The notes: a model not told the origin generated them from the sequence alone. Counted from the first letter of the stretch, positions 1-9,786 are shown. The stretch: 64,000 bases of DNA from a bacterium (GCA_031362565.1 JANLSU010000058.1:1-64000); one strand, 5' to 3'. Numbers and translations: made by a program.

Positions 1-106
1 AGGTGTGGGACCCCCGACCGCGAGTTAACGGGCTCGCGCATCCAATATGGCGCGCGAAGCGCGCGGCGCGGCCCGTTCTGTCTGAGTGGGCGGGGGTCCC
101 ACACCT
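1..106. repeat. Palindromic element (REP/MITE-like or part of a structured RNA), probably truncated at the window start
   Basis: AGGTGTGGGACCCCC (1-15) is the reverse complement of GGGGGTCCCACACCT (92-106); inner pairing AACGGGC/GCCCGTT and a GCGCGAAGCGCG tip. Confidence 0.55.
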
Positions 107-186
107 CCGAAGACCCCCACGCTCAAGCAATACCTGCCGGCGGCGGGGGGGGAAGGGGAGTGTGTAGGGAAGGGAGCTTGCCGACG

Positions 187-468
187 CTACTGCGTATACC
201 CGCGGCGCTCCGCAATCTCGCGGAAGAACCGGTCGAAGAGTACTTTCCACTCGTCGGTGCCGTAGGCGATCTCGCGCTTGTAGGAATCGATGCGCGCCGT
301 CGCTTCGTTGGCGATCTCGTCCTCGATGCGGAAGTCCTCGAGCAACACGCGCTCGAGTCCGGCGCGCAACCGCGCCTCCGGCATCTTGAAATCGATGAGG
401 TCGTCGTCCAGCAGGCGGTCGAGACAACGGCCGGCGATGTGGGCGATTTTTTCTTCGGAGAGCTTCAC
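187..468 (-). CDS. DUF507-family small protein
   Basis: GTG-KLSEEKIAHIA...EDEIANEATARIDSYKREI..GTDEW...RRG resembles DUF507; tandem with the adjacent paralog. Confidence 0.7.
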   Translation of the reverse strand: MKLSEEKIAHIAGRCLDRLLDDDLIDFKMPEARLRAGLERVLLEDFRIEDEIANEATARIDSYKREIAYGTDEWKVLFDRFFREIAERRGYTQ

Positions 469-478
469 GTCGGCTCCG

Positions 479-760
479 TCACAGCACCAGGCCGCGCTCG
501 CGCGCCAACTGTTGGCGCACCTTCTTGCGCATGATCCACGAGTCGACTCCTTCGGACCGCATCCGGGACTCGTTTTGCTCGAGGATCTTGTCGACATCCT
601 CGTCGAGCTTGCGCTCGATTTCGCGTTCGCCCTGGAACTCGGCGATGATCGCATCGCGCACCGCATCATGCGCCGCGAGCAGCTCGACATCGGGCTGCTG
701 TGCCAGCCACTGAACGAGCTTGCCGGCAAGCGATTCGATCTTGCGGTCGGAGAATCTCAT
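479..760 (-). CDS. DUF507-family small protein
   Basis: MRFSDRKIESLA...LDEDVDKILE...MRKKVRQQLARERGLVL, a typical DUF507 C-terminus. Confidence 0.75.
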   Translation of the reverse strand: MRFSDRKIESLAGKLVQWLAQQPDVELLAAHDAVRDAIIAEFQGEREIERKLDEDVDKILEQNESRMRSEGVDSWIMRKKVRQQLARERGLVL

Positions 761-766
761 GGCCGC

Positions 767-796
767 AGGATACGCGGTATGCGGCGCTTCCGTCAA
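767..796 (-). promoter_or_regulatory. Sigma70-type promoter, likely leaderless, for the DUF507 pair
   Basis: TTGACG-N18-TATCCT, then 6 nt, then ATG(760); no SD. Confidence 0.55.
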
Positions 797-808
797 CGAA
801 GCGGGGCG

Positions 809-837
809 TTGCTGGTCCGTAGGTGCTCCGCTAGACT
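809..837 (+). promoter_or_regulatory. Sigma70-type promoter for selD
   Basis: TTGCTG-N17-TAGACT. Confidence 0.45.
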
Positions 838-932
838 GCAGCCACGGCGGCGGCGGCGGCCGAGCTGCGGACGGGCGCCGGCTCGAGAGGTGCGACCGCG
901 CGCCGGCCGTGAGCGTCGCGACGGAGGTGGGC

Positions 933-2015
933 GTGGAACCGGTTCGATTGACGACTTGGAGTCATGGCGCGGGGTGAGCGTGCAAGCTCCAACCGGCTGA
1001 CCTCGCGCAGGTCTTGCGCGAACTTCCGGAGGTCCGCGACCCGCGCGTCCTCGTCGGCACGTCGACATCCGACGATGCGGCGGTCTTTGCCTGGGACGAC
1101 ACTTGGGCACTCGTGCAGACGGTGGATTTCTTCACGCCGGTGGTCGACGACGCCTATTCGTTCGGGCAAGTGGCCGCCGCGAATGCCTTGTCCGATTTGT
1201 ATGCGATGGGTGCCGAGCCGCTCTTCGCACTCAACATCGTCGGCTTCCCGGCCAAGAAGCTGCCGTTGGAATTGCTCGGTTCGATCCTGCGCGGCGGCGC
1301 CGACAAAGCCCGCGAAGCCGGCATCGACATCGTCGGCGGCCACTCGATCGATGATCCGGAGCCCAAGTACGGCCTCGTGTGCACCGGCCGCGTGCGCCGT
1401 GACGCCGTGTGGACGAACGCCGCGGCGCGCCCGGGCGATGCACTCGTGCTCACGAAACCGCTCGCGAGCGGCATCTTCTCGACGGCGCTCAAGTGCCAGC
1501 TCGCCGGCCCGGAGCGCGAAACCGAGTTGGTGCAACTCATGGCGACGTTGAACCGCGCCGCCGCCGATGCGGCGCACACCGTGCAACCGCACGCCTGTAC
1601 CGACGTCACCGGTTTCGGTCTCTTCGGCCATCTGCACTCGATGTTGCGCTCGAGCGGCGTTCAAGCCGAGATCGACGCCGATCGCGTGCCGTTCGTCGCC
1701 GAGGTCCTCGAATGGGCCGCTGCCGGATGCGTACCGGGCGGCACGCGCGCCAATTTCGCCTATTGCACGCCGCACGTGACGTGGGACGCGCTGCCGGAAC
1801 CGGAGCGCTTGGTCTTGTGCGATGCACAGACCTCGGGCGGCTTGTTGGTGGCGCTGCCCGCAGCACTGGCGCCGCGCTTGGTGGAGGAGTTGCAACGCCG
1901 GCAGACACCGGCGCATCACATCGTCGGCCGCGTCGTCGCCGCCGGACCGGCCGACATTGGCCGCATCACGGTGCGCGGGCGGCTGGGCGCGGGAGCCATC
2001 GAATGGCGCCGTTGA
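933..2015 (+). CDS. selD: Selenophosphate synthetase (selenide, water dikinase), selenocysteine-containing; TGA 975-977 = Sec
   Basis: SD GGAGG 923-927, GTG 933; RLTTWSHGAG-U-ACKL continues in frame into DDAAV, QTVDFFTP, ANALSDLYAMG, GGHS, TDVTGFGL, DAQTSGGLL. Confidence 0.95.
979..1020 (+). promoter_or_regulatory. Bacterial SECIS-like hairpin
   Basis: Apical stem GACCT(999-1003)/AGGTC(1009-1013) with loop CGCGC ~27 nt after UGA; lower stem CGTGCAAG/CTTGCGCG. Confidence 0.6.
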
Positions 2016-2845
2016 CCGCAACCGCAGCGGCCGAAATTCGCGCCCGCCTCGAGCCGATCGTGCGCCAAGCCGGCGACCACTTGTTGGCATCGTTCGAACA
2101 CCTTGCCGACGCCGATGTGCACTACAAGGGCAAGGTGGATTTGGTGACGCGCTTGGATGTTGAAGCGCAAGCGATTGTCCTGGCCGGGCTGCGGAAGGCG
2201 TTTCCAGGCGAGGCGATCATCGCCGAGGAGGATGCGACGGTGCCCGGTCGACTGCCCGATGTCGCGTGGCTCGTGGATCCGCTCGACGGCACGACCAACT
2301 TTGTACACGGCCAGCCGCCGTTTGCCGTCTCGGTGGGACGGGTGCGGCATGGTGTACTCGAGGCCGGCATGGTGTTCGCACCGTATCTCGGCGAGATGTT
2401 CTTCGCCGCCGCCGGCTGCGGCGCCTGGCTTGGGACGCGCCGTCTCGCGGTCTCCAGGCGCGACGTTCTGGACGAGGCACTCTTCGCCAGCGGCTTCGCC
2501 TACGATGTCCGTACGAATCCGCACAACAACCTGCGCGAGTGGGGCCATTTCGCGGTGCGGTGCCGCGGTCTGCGGCGCGGCGGTGCGGCGTCGCTCGATC
2601 TGGCGTATGTCGCGGCCGGGCGCCTGGACGGCTACTGGGAGTTCCGGCTCAAGCCTTGGGATTTGGCGGCGGGCGCGCTCTTGGTGCTGGAAGCCGGCGG
2701 GCGCGTCACCGACCCGGCCGGCGGACCGGACTGGCTCGCGGTGGGCGACCTGGTCGCCACGAATGGCGTCCTCCATGCTCGCACCCTGGCAGAGCTCGGG
2801 GCCGTCCGCGCCGGGGATGGAACGCGCGGTACATCCCCGGGGTAA
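2003..2845 (+). CDS. suhB: Inositol monophosphatase family protein
   Basis: DLVT, WLVDPLDGTTNF, RRGGAASLDLAYVAAGRLDGYWE, PWDLAAG motifs. Confidence 0.9.
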   Translation: MAPLTATAAAEIRARLEPIVRQAGDHLLASFEHLADADVHYKGKVDLVTRLDVEAQAIVLAGLRKAFPGEAIIAEEDATVPGRLPDVAWLVDPLDGTTNFVHGQPPFAVSVGRVRHGVLEAGMVFAPYLGEMFFAAAGCGAWLGTRRLAVSRRDVLDEALFASGFAYDVRTNPHNNLREWGHFAVRCRGLRRGGAASLDLAYVAAGRLDGYWEFRLKPWDLAAGALLVLEAGGRVTDPAGGPDWLAVGDLVATNGVLHARTLAELGAVRAGDGTRGTSPG

Positions 2846-2913
2846 GCCAGACGGTGCTGGTGGTATACTCGCCGCGCGCCACTCGGGCGCGGATGCCAAG
2901 GAGAAATCAAACG

Positions 2914-3456
2914 ATGCGATCGAACGCGATGCTCCAGCGGGCGGCCCTGGCGGCCATCCTGGTTGCGCTAGCGGTGCCGGTGCGTGCGGGCGATGCGCCC
3001 GTCGCCGCTGGGGCGGCGGACAAGTCGGTTGCAGCCGCGACCCCGGGCGAATCCGTGCAATGGCTCGAGTACGGCGATGCACTCGACAAGGCGCGCAAGG
3101 AAGACAAACACGTACTGGTGGATTTCTATACGAGCTGGTGTGGCTGGTGCAAAGTCATGGACAGCAAGACGTACGCGAATCCCGCCGTCGTGTCGTACTT
3201 GAACGATCATTTCATTCTGGCCAAGGTGAACGCCGAATCGCCGAAGCGCTTCAAGGTGGGCGAGGGGACGAAGTCGGGGGTTGAGCTGGCGCGCGAGTTC
3301 GAAATCAGCTCGTTCCCGATCACCTGGTTCCTACAGCCGGACGGCGCCAAGATCGACAAAATCATGGGCTTTGTGCCGCCGGAGAAGTTCCAGCCCGTGT
3401 TGCACTTCGTGCATGAGCGTAAGTACGCCACGAAGGCCGACAGCAAGACGAACTGA
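2914..3456 (+). CDS. Exported thioredoxin-fold protein (DUF255/SoxW-like)
   Basis: Signal peptide; VLVDFYTSWCGWCKVMD motif; SD AAGGAG. Confidence 0.85.
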   Translation: MRSNAMLQRAALAAILVALAVPVRAGDAPVAAGAADKSVAAATPGESVQWLEYGDALDKARKEDKHVLVDFYTSWCGWCKVMDSKTYANPAVVSYLNDHFILAKVNAESPKRFKVGEGTKSGVELAREFEISSFPITWFLQPDGAKIDKIMGFVPPEKFQPVLHFVHERKYATKADSKTN

Positions 3457-3487
3457 CACCGGGGCCGGTCACCGCCTGGCAAGACGG

Positions 3488-4765
3488 TTACGTGGCGCGT
3501 GGTGTCAGACGCTCGAGCCCGCCCATATAGGGACGTAGTGCCGCCGGCACGTCCACCGTCCCATCCGCGCGCTGGTAGTTCTCCAGAATCGGAATCAGAA
3601 TTCGCGGTGAGGCGATCACCGTATTGTTGAGCGTGTGGCAGTACTGGGCCTTGCCGTCCGCATCACGGTAGCGCAGGTCCAGGCGCCGGGCTTGGAAGTC
3701 GTGGAAGCGCGAAGCGCTGTGGGTTTCGCCGTAGCCCTTGCGGGACGGCATCCAGGTCTCGATGTCGAACTTCTGAATCTGCGGCCGTCCCAAGTCGCCG
3801 CCGCAGACGTTGACCACCCGGTACGGCAACTCGAGCTTTTCCAAGAGTTCTTCGGAATTGCGCAGGATCGCCTGATGCCAGCGCAGGGATTCCTCGGGAT
3901 CGTTGCGGCACACGACCACTTGTTCGACTTTTTGGAATTGATGGATGCGGTACAAGCCGCGCGTGTCCTTGCCATACGTGCCGGCCTCGCGCCGGAAGCA
4001 CGGCGACAAACCGGCGTAGAGAACCGGCAACTGCGCCGCATCGAGCATTTCGTGGGCGTGGTATGCGGTGATCGGCACCTCGGCCGTGCCGATGAGCGAC
4101 AGGCCGTCGCGCTCGATCTGATAGGCCTGCTCTTCGCCGCCCGGGTAGTAGGCCGTGCCGATCATCGCCAGCGGCCGCACCAGAAGCGGCACCAGCATCG
4201 GGATGAAGCCCTTGGACTGGATGTGATCGAGCGCCAGGCGCAGCACCGCGAGTTCCAGCAGCGCCCCAGCGCCTTTCAGGAAATAGGTCCGCGAGCCGGC
4301 CAACTTGGCGGCGCGTTCGAAATCGACGATTCCCAAGTCGAGCCCGAGTGCGACGTGATCCTTGGGTTCGAAATCGAACTGCCGCGGCTCGCCCCAGCGC
4401 CGGATCTCGACGTTTTCGCTCTCGTCCTTGCCCTCGGGAACCTCGGGTGCGGGGATGTTTGGCGCCAGCAACAGCAGCCGGTCGAACTCTTCCTCGGCCT
4501 GTTTCTGTTGATCGCCGAGTTCGCGCAGGCGCGCCACGAGAGCCTGCATCTCGGCGATGCGCTGCTCGCGTTCCGCACCCTGCAGGCCGGCAATCTCCTT
4601 CGAGGTTCGGTTCTGCTGCGCCTTCATCTCTTCGGTGAGTTGCAACAGGCGGCGGCGCTCAGTGTCGGCGGCCAGCAATTGGTCGACGTCGAAGTCAATA
4701 CGTTTGAGGCGCGCCGCGTGGCGCACTGCGTCGGGATTCGCACGCACAAACCGGATATCGAGCAC
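3488..4765 (-). CDS. serS: Serine--tRNA ligase
   Basis: LDIRFVRANPD start; GTAEVP, FRREAG, RIHQFQKVEQ, HTLNNT motifs. Confidence 0.97.
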   Translation of the reverse strand: MLDIRFVRANPDAVRHAARLKRIDFDVDQLLAADTERRRLLQLTEEMKAQQNRTSKEIAGLQGAEREQRIAEMQALVARLRELGDQQKQAEEEFDRLLLLAPNIPAPEVPEGKDESENVEIRRWGEPRQFDFEPKDHVALGLDLGIVDFERAAKLAGSRTYFLKGAGALLELAVLRLALDHIQSKGFIPMLVPLLVRPLAMIGTAYYPGGEEQAYQIERDGLSLIGTAEVPITAYHAHEMLDAAQLPVLYAGLSPCFRREAGTYGKDTRGLYRIHQFQKVEQVVVCRNDPEESLRWHQAILRNSEELLEKLELPYRVVNVCGGDLGRPQIQKFDIETWMPSRKGYGETHSASRFHDFQARRLDLRYRDADGKAQYCHTLNNTVIASPRILIPILENYQRADGTVDVPAALRPYMGGLERLTPRAT

Positions 4766-4998
4766 GAGTGTCGCTCCCTGACTCGAGTCGGCCCACCATA
4801 GCATCCGCCGCCGCGGCGCGGCGACCCCGCGCCGGGCCAATGCCGGCGCAGAATGTCCAGGCAGGCGGCAGTTCGGGTTTGACAGCCCCCTGGGGCAGGA
4901 TGCTAGCGTCCGGCTGTGGGGATCGCGACCGGGCGTCGCGGCGCTTGGCGCCTCGCCCGCGGCCAGGTCGCGACCGGTGTGTGTGGGAGGTGTGGCTC

Positions 4999-5715
4999 GT
5001 GCAGTTTGTCGCCTGGGTGGCGCCGTCAGCGCTTCTCGCCCAGAGTCCGACGTTCATCCGGCTCGTCGTCGAGGCCGGTCTCTTCGCCAAGTTCATCTTG
5101 TTCGTGTTGCTGTGCCTGTCGGTGGTGTCGTGGGGCGTGGCGCTCGAGAAACTGCGCCAGTACCGCCGCATCGAGCAACAATCCCGCACCATCCGGCAAG
5201 AGGTCCGTGCCATGCGCACGATGAACGACCTGCTGGGACTGCTCGATCAAGGCTATACGGGACCGCTCATGGCGATCTTGCGCGAGAGCCGCAAGGTGCT
5301 GCAACGCTTGGGCGAAGACGTCGGCGGCCGCGAATACTTGATCGCCGACTTCCAGCGCGCCAACCAGCGGGCGATCCTCGACTCGCTGCTCTTGCTCGAG
5401 AAAAATCTCGTCGTCTTGTCCACCACGACCACCGTCAGCCCGTTCATCGGCCTCCTGGGAACGTGCTGGGGCATCATGGTGTCGTTCATGCGCATCGGTG
5501 CGCAAGGCTCGGCGAGCCTGAGCGTCGTCGCTCCAGGCATTGCCGAAGCGCTCATCGTCACCATCGCCGGATTGGCAACGGCGATTCCCGCCCTGGTGTT
5601 TTACAACGCGCTGACGAATCGCGTCCGCGGCATCGAGAACGAAATGGAAACGTTTTCGATCACCGTTGTGGAGTTCTTGGAGCGCGAAGTCCGCAGTCAG
5701 CAGGTGCGCCGATGA
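4999..5715 (+). CDS. tolQ: MotA/TolQ/ExbB proton channel
   Basis: SPFIGLLGTCWGIM, VVAPGIAEALIVTIAGLATAIPA; first gene of the tol-pal cluster; start approximate. Confidence 0.9.
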   Translation: MQFVAWVAPSALLAQSPTFIRLVVEAGLFAKFILFVLLCLSVVSWGVALEKLRQYRRIEQQSRTIRQEVRAMRTMNDLLGLLDQGYTGPLMAILRESRKVLQRLGEDVGGREYLIADFQRANQRAILDSLLLLEKNLVVLSTTTTVSPFIGLLGTCWGIMVSFMRIGAQGSASLSVVAPGIAEALIVTIAGLATAIPALVFYNALTNRVRGIENEMETFSITVVEFLEREVRSQQVRR

Positions 5716-6167
5716 TGGGCGTCGACACCGGCGTGCCGAGCGGCTTCCGCCGCCGCAGCATGCGCAGCATGACCGAGATCAACATCACGTCGTTCGTCGA
5801 CGTGGTGCTGGTGTTGCTCATCATCTTCATGATGACGTCGCAGTTCCTGCAAGCCGGCTTCGAGGTTGCCCTGCCGAAGGCCAACACGCCGGCGCTCGAG
5901 CAGAAGCAGGATCCGATCATCGTCACACTCGGCAACGACAAGCGTATCGCGGTCAACGACCGTGATGTGGCCGGCGGACTGCCGGGACTCGCGGCCGCGT
6001 TGCAAAAAGAGGTCGGAACGCAGAGCACGCGGCCGGTGTATTTGAGCGCCGATCGCACTGTCCCGTACGGAGCCATCGTCAGACTGATGGAAAACATCAA
6101 GGAAGCGGGAATTCAGAACGTCGGGCTGATGACCGACGCCGGTCGCGAGGACTGGTTCGACCGGTGA
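5712..6167 (+). CDS. tolR: TolR/ExbD
   Basis: EINITSFVDVVLVLLIIFMM, ADRTVPYG. Confidence 0.9.
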   Translation: MMGVDTGVPSGFRRRSMRSMTEINITSFVDVVLVLLIIFMMTSQFLQAGFEVALPKANTPALEQKQDPIIVTLGNDKRIAVNDRDVAGGLPGLAAALQKEVGTQSTRPVYLSADRTVPYGAIVRLMENIKEAGIQNVGLMTDAGREDWFDR

Positions 6168-6940
6168 GCGCGCGCAGCCCGTACGTGGCGTCGAGCCTGG
6201 GCCATGTGGTGGTGCTCGGGCTCCTCTTGACGGTTGCGGCCCTGCAACGGAGCGCGCCCTTGGTGCCGTTGGTGCGGATCGTAGCGCTGCCGACGGGCGG
6301 CCGGCCGGGTCCGAAGGCCGTGACGCCACCGCCGTCGGTCCCGGTCCCCGAACCCCAGGTGGAGGTGCCCAAACCGGCACCGCCGGTGCCGAAGCCCGAG
6401 ATCAAGAAGGAGCCGTTGGCCGACAAAACACCGGCGCCCCGGGAGCCCGTCAAGGCACCCGATCCGAAGGGTATCAAGCCGCCGGTGAAGCAGGATGTGG
6501 TCTCGAAGTCGAAGCCCGTGCCGCCGCCGAAAACCACGCCGGCGGTCGCACCGGCGCACGTCGAGCCGGTTCAGGCGGCCACGGGGGACGGTGCCGTGCG
6601 GCCGACCGCCAAAGGCGACGTGGGAGTCGAGGCCGACGGCGATCCCGGCCCGCTCACCGGGTATCTCGGTCTGTTGCGCGACAAGGTGGAAGCAAATTGG
6701 GAGCCGCCGGCGACCCTCGGCCGGCATGGAGCAGTGCAAGCGGTCATCGCGTTCGAAATCAGCCGCACGGGCGGATTTCCACTCCCGAACTCGATGCAAG
6801 TGCGGGTGAGTTCGGGTCAACCGGCGTTCGATCGAGCCGCCCAACGGGCGGTGCTGAATGCCGCGCCCTTCGCACCGCTGCCGGCGGGATGGGGCACGGA
6901 TTCGATCGGCATTCGTTTCACGTTCTCCGGGGAGTACTGA
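6164..6940 (+). CDS. tolA: TolA/TonB-family energy transducer
   Basis: N-terminal TM with S-x3-H, Pro/Lys-rich linker, C-terminal SSG..FDRAA.RAV..AAPF.PLP domain. Confidence 0.8.
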   Translation: MSARSPYVASSLGHVVVLGLLLTVAALQRSAPLVPLVRIVALPTGGRPGPKAVTPPPSVPVPEPQVEVPKPAPPVPKPEIKKEPLADKTPAPREPVKAPDPKGIKPPVKQDVVSKSKPVPPPKTTPAVAPAHVEPVQAATGDGAVRPTAKGDVGVEADGDPGPLTGYLGLLRDKVEANWEPPATLGRHGAVQAVIAFEISRTGGFPLPNSMQVRVSSGQPAFDRAAQRAVLNAAPFAPLPAGWGTDSIGIRFTFSGEY

Positions 6941-6945
6941 GCGGC

Positions 6946-8307
6946 ATGACGAGACTCGAACAAAAAATCGCCCCGCGCGCCGCGACCTTTAGCAAGCACG
7001 GCACGTTGCCGGCGTACTTCGGCGCCGCCGTGGCGATCGCGATCGCCTTCGCCGGCGTGCCTGTGGCGAGCGCCGCGCCGGTCCCGGAATTCGGCCTGTC
7101 CGTGAAGCGCGCCGGGTTCAAGCGCATCACGATCCAAGTCCCGGAACCCGAGGTAAAAAGCTCCGCGACCGGCTGGCGGCGCGACGTTTCGGAGGCCCAA
7201 GAAACCCTGGCCCGCGATCTCATCTACTCGGGTTACTTTTTCGTCATGGATCAATACGCGAGCCCCTATCTGCCGGCCGGCGTCTCGCGGGCGTGGAACG
7301 TCGGCAACGAACGGCCCGAGACGCGTCCCTATCATGTCGACGCCGTGTGGTCGGCCGAGACTGGCCGGCTGGGTGTCGAATTGAAACTCGTCGATGGTGC
7401 CGGGCAGCAGATCGTCGGCAAACGGTACGAGGTCGGCGACGCGGGGATCCGGGGCGTCATTCATCACTTCGCCGATCAAGTCGTCACCGCGACAACGGGC
7501 GCCCGGGGCATTGCGCAAACGAAGATCGCCTACGCGCGGGTCACCGGCCGAACGTCGGAGATTTGGACCGTGGACTACGACGGGTTCGGCGGCAAGGCGC
7601 TCACGGCACAGCGCAGCCTGACACTGTCGCCGTGCTGGGGAACCGGCCGCAGTTGGGTGGCATTCACCAGCTATGTCGAGGGGCAGCCGTGGCTGTACCG
7701 CTTGGACCAAGGCTCGCGCCGGCTGCGGGCGGTCAGTTCGTATTCCGGACTGAATACGACGCCAGACTGGAGCGACCTGCGGAGTCTCTTCGCCTTGACC
7801 CTGACGCGCGATGGCAACGCCGAGGTGTACAGCATGAATCGCGACGGGCGTTCGCCGCAGCGCTTGACGCATCATCCGGCAATTGATACGTCTCCGACGT
7901 GGTCGGCGACCGGACAGCAGATTGCCTTCACCTCGGACCGGTCGGGAGTGCCGCAGATCTACGTCATGGACGCCGACGGCGGCAATGTGCGGCGCGTGAC
8001 GCAGCATGGATTGTACAGTGACTCGCCGGCGTGGTCGCCGGACGGCCAGTGGATTGCGTACGTGTGCCGGCGCGACGGCGAATTCCAGCTCTCGCTCGTG
8101 CGGCCCGACGGCGGCGGCGAACGGGTGCTGGTGCGCGACGGACAGAACGACAGCCCGTCGTGGGCCAACGATTCGCGCCACGTCGCTTTCGCGTCGCGCC
8201 GCGGCGGCGCCCGCGCGGTGTATGTCGTGGACTTGTATTCGGGACTCGAACGCCGGCTCACTTCGGGCAACGATGAAGCGAAGACGCCGGCGTGGTCTCT
8301 GCAATGA
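6946..8307 (+). CDS. tolB: Tol-Pal beta-propeller protein
   Basis: PD40 repeats (SPTWSATGQQIAFTSDRSG, SPAWSPDG), TKIAY, DYDG. Confidence 0.93.
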   Translation: MTRLEQKIAPRAATFSKHGTLPAYFGAAVAIAIAFAGVPVASAAPVPEFGLSVKRAGFKRITIQVPEPEVKSSATGWRRDVSEAQETLARDLIYSGYFFVMDQYASPYLPAGVSRAWNVGNERPETRPYHVDAVWSAETGRLGVELKLVDGAGQQIVGKRYEVGDAGIRGVIHHFADQVVTATTGARGIAQTKIAYARVTGRTSEIWTVDYDGFGGKALTAQRSLTLSPCWGTGRSWVAFTSYVEGQPWLYRLDQGSRRLRAVSSYSGLNTTPDWSDLRSLFALTLTRDGNAEVYSMNRDGRSPQRLTHHPAIDTSPTWSATGQQIAFTSDRSGVPQIYVMDADGGNVRRVTQHGLYSDSPAWSPDGQWIAYVCRRDGEFQLSLVRPDGGGERVLVRDGQNDSPSWANDSRHVAFASRRGGARAVYVVDLYSGLERRLTSGNDEAKTPAWSLQ

Positions 8308-8377
8308 TCGATCGGGGGCCGCTGCGGCCGTTTCGGCTCAGCGGTTCGAATTCCACACTCGCAGGAGGTTTCGGCCG

Positions 8378-8887
8378 ATGCGCAGGATGTTGAGCGCCGG
8401 TGTAGTTGCCCTCGTCGCCGTGGGCTTGGTCGCCGGCTGCAGCAAGAAAACCATGAAGGACTCGACGCCGCCGCCGGCGCCGGAGCCGACTCGCACGGAG
8501 GCGCCGCCGCCCCCGCCGCCGCCCTCCCCGCCGACACCGAAGGCGCCGGAGCGTCTCGAGTTGAACGACGTGTTCTTCGACTACGACGCTTCGGGCCTGC
8601 GCGACGACGCGCGTGCGACGTTGACCGCGAACGGCAAGCAGCTCGTGGGTTCGCAAGCCACGGCGACCATCGAGGGTCACTGTGACGAACGCGGCACGAC
8701 GGACTACAACTTGGCGCTCGGGGAAAAACGCGCCAACGCCGCCAAGGACTTCCTGGTGAGCTACGGCGTCGATGCCGGCCGCCTGAAGACCATCAGCTAC
8801 GGCGAGAATCGGCCCTTCGCGATGGGGCATGACGAAGCGGCGTTCTCGCAGAACCGCCGGGCGCATTTTGTGGTGGAGAATCGCTGA
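8378..8887 (+). CDS. pal: Peptidoglycan-associated lipoprotein
   Basis: Lipobox VAGC; FFDYD, IEGHCDERGTTDYNLALGEKRA, NRRA; SD AGGAGG. Confidence 0.96.
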   Translation: MRRMLSAGVVALVAVGLVAGCSKKTMKDSTPPPAPEPTRTEAPPPPPPPSPPTPKAPERLELNDVFFDYDASGLRDDARATLTANGKQLVGSQATATIEGHCDERGTTDYNLALGEKRANAAKDFLVSYGVDAGRLKTISYGENRPFAMGHDEAAFSQNRRAHFVVENR

Positions 8888-8895
8888 ATGAAGCC

Positions 8896-8925
8896 ATGCC
8901 GGGGTGGCGGATGCCACCCCGGCAT
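8896..8925. repeat. Perfect 13-bp hairpin between pal and cpoB
   Basis: ATGCCGGGGTGGC-GGAT-GCCACCCCGGCAT, no U-tract. Confidence 0.8.
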
Positions 8926-8949
8926 CGAGGTTCGCGGGACGGAGTGTGG

Positions 8950-9708
8950 ATGACGAAGCAATATTCAAGTCGGTGCGTGCTGGCGTTCGCGGCGTGCGCC
9001 CTGCTGCTCTTGTCGGGCTGCTACGGCAAAAGCATCGCCGCGCTCGAAGTGCGCACCGCGCGCGATGAAGACCGTTTGAATCAGCTCGACCGCTCGCAGA
9101 AGGATTTGGCGGCGTCGGTGGAGCAATTGCAGCGTAAGGTCGCCGAGCAGGTCGAACTCGTGCGTGCCGGCCGTGCGGCGAGCGAGGAACGCATGCGCGA
9201 GATCGAAAAACAGCTCCAGGTCGTCGCGCAGCGTGTCGACGAGAGCGGCGATTTGGTTTCCGACATCAAGGACAACATCCGCTACAACACGTCGCGTCCG
9301 GCCGCCACCGACAGTACCGCCTCGAATTCCGCGCCGGTGACACCGCGCGGCCTCTATGATGCGGCGTATCAAGACTTGACGCGGGGCAACCACGGGCTCG
9401 CGATCCTGGGATTCCAGGAAGTCGTGGCCAAGTTTCCGGCATCCGAACTGGCCGACAACTCGCAATACTGGATCGGCGAGTCGTACTACGCGCAGAAAGA
9501 TTTCAAACAAGCGCTGGTGGAATTCAACAAGACGGTCGACAACTATCCGCAAGGCGACAAGGTGCCGGCGGCGATGCTCAAGGTCGGCTTGTGCCGCCAG
9601 CAGATGAACGACAAGGCGGCGGCCCGTGCGGCGTTGCAAAAGCTGATCGACAAGTACCCGGCGAGCGAGGAAGCGCGCCTCGCGAAATCCAAACTGCAGG
9701 ACCTGTAG
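8950..9708 (+). CDS. cpoB: Tol-Pal protein YbgF/CpoB
   Basis: Lipobox LSGC, coiled coil, TPRs (ADNSQYWIGESYY, KVPAAMLKVG); follows pal. Confidence 0.9.
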   Translation: MTKQYSSRCVLAFAACALLLLSGCYGKSIAALEVRTARDEDRLNQLDRSQKDLAASVEQLQRKVAEQVELVRAGRAASEERMREIEKQLQVVAQRVDESGDLVSDIKDNIRYNTSRPAATDSTASNSAPVTPRGLYDAAYQDLTRGNHGLAILGFQEVVAKFPASELADNSQYWIGESYYAQKDFKQALVEFNKTVDNYPQGDKVPAAMLKVGLCRQQMNDKAAARAALQKLIDKYPASEEARLAKSKLQDL

Positions 9709-9786
9709 GCTCCATGGGGCCCTCTTGACGCGGGCCCGGCGGGTGCTTTGATTGAGGGGACCTCGTTCCAGGCCTGGAGGGTTCCC

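Noticed and set aside
800..930. Possible tRNA-Sec next to selD
   Set aside because: No cloverleaf, UCA anticodon arm or T-loop found; the region holds divergent promoters
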